Source: Promethearchaeota archaeon Loki_b31
GTDB lineage: Archaea; Asgardarchaeota; Lokiarchaeia; Sigyniarchaeales; SOKP01
NCBI GenBank assembly: GCA_005222975.1
Contig: NJBI01000016.1
Span: 1 to 55,734 of the forward strand
Reading direction: 5' to 3'
DNA length: 55,734 nucleotides
Shown piece after piece: positions 10,731-17,789 of the stretch. Under the pieces are notes generated by a model, which saw only the letters and a program-made list of their open reading frames with translations, did not search any database and had not been told where the DNA came from. Every line of letters begins with the position of its first letter. Within the stretch, counting starts at the first letter, position 1. Both the position numbers and the translations under genes were made by a program.

Positions 10731-11954
10731 ATGTATAATAAAAAATTAAGAATCTCAGTAATAATAATAATAAGTTTATTATTAGTAGGCACAAATATTG
10801 TTTCTATTGCAAACGCGGCCGTTCCAACTACATCTTCTTCTGACGTTTTATTTGTACAACTAGGGGATGATTCTATAATTGAAGAAACTACTCAAATAAT
10901 AATGGATAATCTAAATGACAGAAACGAACATTTGTTACAAGAACTTGAAAAACAGGAGATGGAAGAATATGTTGAAAAATTATACGGAATGATTGGTACA
11001 ACTTCTGATATTAATTTTGGTCAACTAAATATTATTGGTCCCCGTATTCTCGATATCAATGTGATTCAAATATCCGTTGAAAGCCTTGAAAATGGAATTC
11101 TGGAGAGTTATAAGACTCAAGTACTGATAATAATAGGGCATGGAAGTGAAGAAGGTCTCATAGGTGAAAATGATAAAATACTTTGGGACGATATTAAGAA
11201 AATAATTACAGATAATTCTGCGAAATATTCGATAATTGCATCCTGTTATAGTGAAAGAGCAACAAAAGATCTTCCGAATGCTATTGGTTTTCCGAATATC
11301 ATAGATGGAATTGTTGCAGCTAACATTGTTTCAGCAATACTTTTTAAAATGTTGGAAGAGACAACTTTAATGAAAAATTGTCTTAATAATGCACTTAAGC
11401 GCTATATGTATATCAGTATTAATCCTAAATCTGCTCAAATTTTGGAACTTGACCCTGGAGGTCCAGGTGGTGGTGGTGGTTCTCCTCCTCCTCCTTCAGG
11501 TCAGTACTTTAGTGATATGGAGATTGAATATTACATTATTGCATTTATAATTTTAATTTTTGCATCGACGATAAATGCAGTGATACCTGCAGACGCTTCT
11601 TGGGCAATAAAACTCTTTAGCGCTTTTAGTGTCATTGGAGTAGGGAGCTATATTTTTAATTTCGCTCTTTACGCAGCTGGTCTGATGACAGAGGCAGCCA
11701 TGTTGTCTAGTTTAGTGGGCTTTTTCAATGTGATGTTAGCGGCACTAATTAATCTTTTTTACATAGTAGATCCGTTTGAGCTAAGTTGTATGATCATTGT
11801 ATTTGGGGTGGGAGCACTTTTGACGATAATTGAACTTCTTGCATCAGGAGGTACTCTTGTAGTTGCAAAATTTTGTCTTATGGCAATAGCATTTGTTTCA
11901 TTAGGATTAGCTTGTTATTTTGATTGGTTGGATTCTGATGGCATTGTAGGTTAA
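10731..11954 (+). CDS. Secreted protein: signal peptide, clan CD-like (GHG...SC) protease domain, Gly/Pro linker and hydrophobic C-terminal domain
   Basis: MYNKKLRISVIIIISLLLVG...ANA signal; VLIIIGHG (His137) and IIASCYS (Cys172); PGGPGGGGGSPPPPSG linker; ~150-aa Ala/Gly/Leu-rich helical tail. Confidence 0.7.
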   Translation: MYNKKLRISVIIIISLLLVGTNIVSIANAAVPTTSSSDVLFVQLGDDSIIEETTQIIMDNLNDRNEHLLQELEKQEMEEYVEKLYGMIGTTSDINFGQLNIIGPRILDINVIQISVESLENGILESYKTQVLIIIGHGSEEGLIGENDKILWDDIKKIITDNSAKYSIIASCYSERATKDLPNAIGFPNIIDGIVAANIVSAILFKMLEETTLMKNCLNNALKRYMYISINPKSAQILELDPGGPGGGGGSPPPPSGQYFSDMEIEYYIIAFIILIFASTINAVIPADASWAIKLFSAFSVIGVGSYIFNFALYAAGLMTEAAMLSSLVGFFNVMLAALINLFYIVDPFELSCMIIVFGVGALLTIIELLASGGTLVVAKFCLMAIAFVSLGLACYFDWLDSDGIVG

Positions 11955-12033
11955 AATAATACTCTAACTATTTTTTTTTTCTAAAGTTTTATTACGAATT
12001 AATCTTAAAATAATCATAAAGGAGAGGATAATT

Positions 12034-13143
12034 ATAAACAATAATTCTAAAAAAACTCAAGATTACTATATTGAGATAAAAAATAACATTAGTGTCTCGA
12101 AAAATGGTATAGTCGGAAAGATTTTTGTTGGAATTATGTTTACATTTTTTCTAACCATTTTTTCAGTCACGGCATATTCAAATATCTTTTTTGCCGTTCC
12201 AACTTATGCTAAAATGTTAACTATACTTGGAACCGGATTTTTATTTGTAAATATTGTATTCGATAAAGCAGAAGCTATCTTATATTGGAAAGATCCGGGA
12301 AAAAGACCCGTGATTTTGAATATAAAGATGAAACAATCGTTCATTGAGACCATAGTTGTATTTTTTGTTAATTTTATTATTATTATACTTTCCCAATTTT
12401 TAGGATTATTAAATTTTATATATGAACGTGAAGGGATGAAATATTTTATTTCTTATTATCAACCACCCCTCTTTGAAACAGTATTAATTGCCATAATTAC
12501 AACTCTATCGTTTTTCGTCATATGGACATCTATGTATTGGTGTGTAAGTAGATTCCTTCAAATTAAAAATTATTCACACGATTTCAAAAAATTTGATATA
12601 AAAAGATTAGGTATTTTTTTTGGTGGAATGATTTTATTAATAATTTTTTGGGTTGTTCTTTATATACCGGATATGTTATATAAAGAGGTTAAAGTGAATG
12701 GGGACTTCAGTGGTATATTATTTTTTAAAGAATTTGCTCAAAAAGATTATCTTAGGATATTGACGGCGGAGATATTTATTCTTATTGGCTTAAATCTATT
12801 ATTCTATTTTCTAGGTGATAAAAATTTGAGCGAAAGAGATGATTTTGTTCTATTGGAGAAGGAAAACAGTGAGATTAAAAGTAAAAAAGAAAAATACCAA
12901 AAAAGAGCGATCGAAAAACGTTTTATAATAGCAATGTTTGAAATTATAATAGTAACGCTAATTTTTATGCCTTTATTTTTTATATTCGCGTTATTCTATT
13001 CAACAATTGGATCTATTTTAATTTCCGTTCCCTATTTTCTTATGTTAGGAACTATAATTGTCGTATTTATTTTATATGGCGCTATACTGACTGGGAGGAT
13101 TTCGATAATTAAATCAAAATCGAGACAAAGTATCGAAAGTTAA
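12034..13143 (+). CDS. Multi-pass membrane protein (candidate immunity/partner protein)
   Basis: About 8-9 hydrophobic segments. The frame is open from 11968, and AAGGAGAGG at ~12019 precedes ATA/ATT codons; the first ATG is at 12136. Confidence 0.7.
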   Translation: MNNNSKKTQDYYIEIKNNISVSKNGIVGKIFVGIMFTFFLTIFSVTAYSNIFFAVPTYAKMLTILGTGFLFVNIVFDKAEAILYWKDPGKRPVILNIKMKQSFIETIVVFFVNFIIIILSQFLGLLNFIYEREGMKYFISYYQPPLFETVLIAIITTLSFFVIWTSMYWCVSRFLQIKNYSHDFKKFDIKRLGIFFGGMILLIIFWVVLYIPDMLYKEVKVNGDFSGILFFKEFAQKDYLRILTAEIFILIGLNLLFYFLGDKNLSERDDFVLLEKENSEIKSKKEKYQKRAIEKRFIIAMFEIIIVTLIFMPLFFIFALFYSTIGSILISVPYFLMLGTIIVVFILYGAILTGRISIIKSKSRQSIES

Positions 13144-13266
13144 ATGCAATAAATCAAAGAATTTTAGAAGTAATCTTTTTTTTCTAACTCTATAAATCAT
13201 TAAATCGTTAAAACCAACAAGTACATATAACGTGTCAAATTTTAAACAATTCAAAAACTTTAAACA

Positions 13267-13338
13267 TGGGGGAGGATTAAAACGATACGTTCAGGAATGA
13301 TTGCCATCTGATGTATGTGTCAACCTAATCCTTTCCCA
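13267..13338 (+). other. 72-nt hairpin 1 followed by a T-tract
   Basis: TGGGGGAGGATTA/TAATCCTTTCCCA outer stem (two G-U pairs); inner ATACG/TGTAT and TCAG/CTGA; then CCTTTTTTAAATT. Confidence 0.65.
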
Positions 13339-13410
13339 CCTTTTTTAAATTACAAATATTCGAACGTTTAAAAGAAAAAATTAAAGATTTTGATAAGGAG
13401 ATTTAAGAAA

Positions 13411-13717
13411 ATGTTAGAATGTATCTTATGTGGGAAAATAATCGTTCAAAACGATAATCCTAAGCATTATAGCGTTTGTTCTAAGTGCGACGTAAACGAT
13501 TTAACCGAAGAACAAAAGAAATTCATAGAAATGGGAATAAATTACATAAAGTTAGGAAAAATCGTTAAAACAAAAAGCAATTCGCGATCTTTGCAATTTA
13601 CTCGACGATCTATATTTTTACGCTAAGGAATTAATCCCAAAGAATATGAAACATAACTTGAGTTTTAGAAAAGAAAAATTGAAAGAAGAAATCGAAACAA
13701 AAATAAATGAATTGTAA
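13411..13717 (+). pseudogene. Small Zn-finger protein with a +1 frameshift near 13570
   Basis: CILC...CSKC; the shifted frame reads AIRDLCNLLDDLYFYAKE...RKEKLKEEIETKINEL*, matching the C-terminus of 14145-14297. Confidence 0.55.
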
Positions 13718-13756
13718 GAAATTAATCGAAATTACAAATAAGGAGTGATTAAGAAA

Positions 13757-14029
13757 ATGAAAATAAATTTTTACAAGTACATGTTAATGACGATGGCTTT
13801 TCTCTTAGGTTTCCACTTGTATTACGTTGTTCAATACGAAGCCATATTTTTAAGATACATAAGTGAAAATCGTGATGAGCTCGTATATATAACGCTAATG
13901 AGACTAGAAATGAGTTTCCAACACATAATAACTTTTATGTTCTGTGTGGCATTACTCGTTATAGCTATCGTCTTGTACCTTGCAGAGTTTTACGCTTGTA
14001 AGTACATTAAAAGCAAGAGGGCAGTTTAA
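13757..14029 (+). CDS. Small two-TM membrane protein
   Basis: Two hydrophobic segments; AAGGAGTGA RBS upstream. Confidence 0.6.
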   Translation: MKINFYKYMLMTMAFLLGFHLYYVVQYEAIFLRYISENRDELVYITLMRLEMSFQHIITFMFCVALLVIAIVLYLAEFYACKYIKSKRAV

Positions 14030-14037
14030 ACTAATAT

Positions 14038-14109
14038 GGGGATTTTGAGAAGGGATAGGGTTTGATTCTCTCAGCCCCCAACATGGTTATCTACTTCTTA
14101 AAAATCCCC
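14038..14109 (+). other. 72-nt hairpin 2 followed by a T-tract
   Basis: GGGGATTTTGAGAAG/CTTCTTAAAAATCCCC outer stem; then TCTTTTTTAAATT. Confidence 0.65.
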
Positions 14110-14144
14110 TCTTTTTTAAATTAAAAAAATGAGCGTGATAAAAA

Positions 14145-14297
14145 ATGAAAAAACTAAAGTTTGATAAAAAAGGGTTTCTAATACTTCAAAAATTAAATTA
14201 TGAAATACAACACAACGATAGAACCAAAGATTTAATTGATAATATTAAAAAAGAAAAACTGAAAGGGGAAATCGAAACTAAAATAATGAAATTGTAA
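14145..14297 (+). CDS. 50-aa protein ending KEKLKGEIETKIMKL (not in ORF track)
   Basis: Translated by hand; shares its C-terminal motif with 13411-13717 and 14675-14809. Confidence 0.55.
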   Translation: MKKLKFDKKGFLILQKLNYEIQHNDRTKDLIDNIKKEKLKGEIETKIMKL

Positions 14298-14313
14298 ACA
14301 ACAAATAAAGGAC

Positions 14314-14508
14314 ATGATAAAAGAAATGAAATACTGCATAAATTGTAAGCTAATAGTACAACCTAAAAAGGATTTTAATTTATGTGCTTTTCTTTTTCTT
14401 GCTTTGTTGGGTAGTTTTTGGATATATATAATATATTATGTTTTGAAGTCTAAGAAATGTCCTATATGTAATAGCACTAATTGGGGGGGCAATTATTTAA
14501 ATCTCTAA
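14314..14508 (+). CDS. LITAF-like zinc-ribbon membrane protein
   Basis: CINC-hydrophobic hairpin-CPIC; likely start ATG 14326. Confidence 0.6.
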   Translation: MIKEMKYCINCKLIVQPKKDFNLCAFLFLALLGSFWIYIIYYVLKSKKCPICNSTNWGGNYLNL

Positions 14509-14549
14509 TCAGTTCGATTAGAAAGAATAACGCTAACCCTTTTATTCTC

Positions 14550-14620
14550 GGAGATGCGAGCACTCATTTATGTCTTTTGAAACTTTTACCCTCTCTAACC
14601 CTTTCATTTCTCGCATCTCC
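14550..14620 (+). other. 71-nt hairpin 3 followed by a T-tract
   Basis: Perfect 11-bp stem GGAGATGCGAG/CTCGCATCTCC; then ACACTTTTT. Confidence 0.65.
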
Positions 14621-14674
14621 ACACTTTTTATTTTTACGTTCATTTTAATTAATCTAATGTTAGATGTGTAAAAA

Positions 14675-14809
14675 ATGCCATATAATTGGAAAATAGAATC
14701 TCAAGAACTAAGAAAAGAAAAAAATCGTTTGTTAGATAAGTTAAAAGAGTTAAAACGATCTTATGAGAAATTTAAAAAGGAATTCGAAACAATATTAAAT
14801 AAAAAGTGA
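14675..14809 (+). CDS. 44-aa coiled-coil peptide (not in ORF track)
   Basis: MPYNWKIESQELRKEKNRLLDKLKELKRSYEKFKKEFETILNKK. Confidence 0.5.
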   Translation: MPYNWKIESQELRKEKNRLLDKLKELKRSYEKFKKEFETILNKK

Positions 14810-14952
14810 AAAACGTTCAAATTTGCTAAAATGGATTCTATGGGTATTTTATTGATAAAATTATAAATTGTCGGTAAAAATACGGCAGTTTAATTATAAT
14901 AAATATTTCACAAAGTATTTAAAGAAAAAATGAAAAATTTCTTTACTAGAAT

Positions 14953-15579
14953 TTAAAGAAACAAGGGAAGGCAAGTTGTAAATCCCGCTATTAATCCCGT
15001 TACGATGCCAGTAATTAGATAGATTATTGATTTTTTTGTATTCATTCCTTACTTATTAATTATCTGCCATAGACTTATTGTAATCGTCAAGAGAGCTAGA
15101 AACGAGAAAATACCCATTCCATAGTATGTAGTTTTCTCGTAAGGATACACTGTCTTACTTATATCCGAAATGCTATTCGTAGCAAATGGATCGATTATAC
15201 CTGAAAGAGAGATAAAATTAAAAATGAGTCGATCTGGTAGTGGGTCTAAAACGACAAGCAAGAAGTATGTGAACCAATCGAGCAGAATTCCAAACGCAAA
15301 GACTATGTATGATGACCCCAGAATCATGCGAGGCTTTGTCATAGGATTGTCTCCTAATTTTTGTTCCTTGCTGTATCTTATTCTTTCTAAAAAGTATTTA
15401 CCTCTTAAACTTAATAAGGTTAAAATCCCGATAATTAAGAGTATCGCAAAAAAGATGTATTTAATATACCCAAAAAACAATTCAATAAATGAATTAATCT
15501 CGATAAACAGACCGTCAAGGTTGGGTAAAAATGGGTCAATTATACTTAAAAATTTTACACGAAAAAGATAGGTGATCAT
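14953..15579 (-). CDS. Hypothetical membrane protein with in-frame TAA at 15049-15051
   Basis: The frame continues after the stop with another TM helix (GMNTKKSIIYLITGIVTGLIAGFTTCLPLFL*). Confidence 0.6.
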
Positions 15580-15623
15580 CTATATTACCTTTAAAATCAC
15601 CTATTTAAATTCTACAGATTAAC

Positions 15624-15962
15624 TTATTTTTTCACTGCAAGATCTTTTCTCGAACTTATGTTTTCCTTAGTAATTATGAATTCATATATTCCAGCAGATA
15701 CGCCTAGAAGTAGAACATATATATTGCTTAGAATTATGTTAAATACTGGAACATCAAAAATATCTATAAATAGATACGGAATAGAATCTAGAATAAAAAC
15801 AGTGATACTTGATATCAAAAGAAATCTACTAACTATAACCCATGTTGAGACTTTGCGATTTCTATGACGAAAGATTAAGACAACAATATTTAAAATATAC
15901 AATCCTATTAACCAACCAAGAAAAACTAGATAAAAGAGCTCTGAATCTAAATAACCAATCAT
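15624..15962 (-). CDS. Hypothetical three-TM membrane protein
   Basis: Three hydrophobic helices, 112 aa. Confidence 0.65.
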   Translation of the reverse strand: MIGYLDSELFYLVFLGWLIGLYILNIVVLIFRHRNRKVSTWVIVSRFLLISSITVFILDSIPYLFIDIFDVPVFNIILSNIYVLLLGVSAGIYEFIITKENISSRKDLAVKK

Positions 15963-16099
15963 TATATTATTACTGAGAAAAAGTCATATAAACTCCTAAC
16001 TTTTTAATCTAAGATTTAAAAAAAAAAATTTAAGAGACATATTTATCTAATGTTTCTAAAGTTTTCACAGCTATACTTGATGAGATCTTAGTCATTACA

Positions 16100-16375
16100 A
16101 TGATACCCTTAACTGAAGATCCTGAAAAATGCATAATTTTAGGATTATTCAATAACATAATAGGAAAAGGGGTATATTTTGAAAGCAGTTTGATATGGTT
16201 GGATAAATGTATAGATCAAAAACGCAACGAATTTGATGATTTTACAAGGGAACCAGCTCTAACTTATGGAAATAGTACAGATCAGTACTTTAACACTTAT
16301 TTGATGATTATGTTTAAAATAATCTCTATCCAAAAGATTTCAGTAGATCACCCTGTATTAGGTAAACTAACCTAA
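16100..16375 (+). CDS. Hypothetical ORF or gene fragment
   Basis: Open frame only, no recognised motif. Confidence 0.25.
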   Translation: MIPLTEDPEKCIILGLFNNIIGKGVYFESSLIWLDKCIDQKRNEFDDFTREPALTYGNSTDQYFNTYLMIMFKIISIQKISVDHPVLGKLT

Positions 16376-16521
16376 TTGAGATTAATCATGTTTAATGAGA
16401 TATTAATAAATAAGAATAAAACAAACAAAAATTGTTATTAATCTAATTTTAGTAATAAAGATAAATTAATTTGTATTAAGAAAATTAATCCAAGAATAGA
16501 TAAGAAAAAAGATGAAATTTC

Positions 16522-16763
16522 ATGTCTAAAAAGACGGAAAGTTATGTACATAAAGAAAAAAAGCGTAAAAATAACCCTGAAGTAGGATTATCAGTATATG
16601 ATAAAGAATTCCCAAGAAAATCCAAATATGATATGATCCGTATTTAGATCCTCAATTAATTTGGACAAATAAATCAGAGAAAACTTCATTCGAAGTTCCA
16701 ATTGTATCACTATTAACTCAAGAAAAAATTAATCCAAAACAAATAATTACCAACACGATATAG
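16522..16763 (+). pseudogene. Truncated N-terminus of an adenine DNA methyltransferase (type III Mod-like family)
   Basis: MSKKTESYVHKEKKRKNNPEVGL...[1-nt deletion ~16631][39 protein letters not shown]; ends exactly at the island junction. Confidence 0.7.
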
Positions 16764-16785
16764 ATTCTATATTCTGGGGAAACTA
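16764..16785. repeat. Right junction direct repeat of island 1
   Basis: ATTCTATATTCTGGGGAAACTA. Confidence 0.8.
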
Positions 16786-16918
16786 CTTCTTTAGTAGGGC
16801 CTATTTCACAATATACGCAATTGTAGGTGCATAATTTATTTTTTGGTAGAATATCTATTCCTAACGAGAGCCCTAGCCGTCTTGATCGAAATGGACCATA
16901 AGTGTATTGACGTGGCAT
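16764..16918 (-). pseudogene. Displaced native 5' fragment (52 codons) of the radical SAM gene
   Basis: 41/54 aa identical to the start of 7208-8008; homology stops after VSPEYRI; begins 10 nt after the hydrolase stop, i.e. at an operonic position. Confidence 0.88.
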
Positions 16919-16928
16919 GTGATTATTC

Positions 16929-17693
16929 TTAATTAAAATAATTAATGATAAAATTCTCTATCGATTTATTGACCTCACTTGGTTTTTCTAACATAACCAT
17001 GTGTCCAGCATCGTTTATTATGTTTAAATCTGAATTCTTAATTTTATCGAGAAAAAATTGCGAAAATTTAACCGGCGTCATCTTATCTTGTTTCCCTACG
17101 ATAATTAGGCATGGAACTTCAATACTATCTGTTTTATCTATGGTATCAAAGTTATCGCAAATTTTAAAATCTTCATATGTGACTTCTGCCGTAATTTTCG
17201 AAGTTTCTTGAACATAATTATCTATTAATTCTCTTGGTGTTTTTCTATAGAATATCCCATCGGGTAAAGAGTCTAAAAACTCTTGGTAATTGGATCTTAA
17301 AGAGTTTAGGATAATTGGGGCAACTCTTAACCTTCCCCCGGTGCCACATAAAATTAAACCTGAGATTTCTTTAGGGTATGTAAAATAATATTGTTGAGTA
17401 ATAGCTCCTCCCAAAGAATGTCCACATAATATTACATTGTCATAGTTTAAAGATTTAATTAGGTGCCGAATTACATCGACATACAAATCGAGATTTAGCT
17501 CCGAAAATTCATTTGAATTGTTATGGGAAGGTAAATCGATAGCGATAAGATCGTAATTAACTTCAAGATCGAATTGATTTTTCCAAGTATTTGAACTTCC
17601 TCCTGAGCCGTGTATAAAAATAATTACATTTTTACTTTCGGTTTCTTTAATCCGATAAAAGATCTTCTTCTCTTTATAACTCAAGAAAGGCAT
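16929..17693 (-). CDS. Alpha/beta hydrolase
   Basis: FIHGSG, GHSLGG nucleophile elbow, GKQD, AGH. Confidence 0.93.
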   Translation of the reverse strand: MPFLSYKEKKIFYRIKETESKNVIIFIHGSGGSSNTWKNQFDLEVNYDLIAIDLPSHNNSNEFSELNLDLYVDVIRHLIKSLNYDNVILCGHSLGGAITQQYYFTYPKEISGLILCGTGGRLRVAPIILNSLRSNYQEFLDSLPDGIFYRKTPRELIDNYVQETSKITAEVTYEDFKICDNFDTIDKTDSIEVPCLIIVGKQDKMTPVKFSQFFLDKIKNSDLNIINDAGHMVMLEKPSEVNKSIENFIINYFN

Positions 17694-17789
17694 TATTTTT
17701 TGTTGAAATTATTATTTAATCTAATTAATAATAACTGAAAAGAAGAATTTAATTTAGTTTTTTCACTTAAGAAATAAAAAAAATTAAAG

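Larger units (their letters stand above)
7862..16763. mobile_element. Island 1 (~8.9 kb) inserted in the radical SAM gene, carrying a replacement 5' end
   Basis: Flanked by the intact and 5'-fragment copies of one gene. Contains a GIY-YIG-like protein, RHH regulators, small ORFs and a truncated methyltransferase. No integrase seen. Confidence 0.72.

Noticed and set aside
13267-14620. The 71-72-nt hairpins as tRNA genes or a CRISPR array
   Set aside because: No TTC-containing T-loop, D-loop or cloverleaf; the units are not sequence repeats, and no cas genes are present.
16718-16763. Hydrophobic tail making 16718-16918 a membrane-anchored mini radical SAM protein
   Set aside because: The tail is fortuitous read-through into the antisense strand of the methyltransferase fragment.
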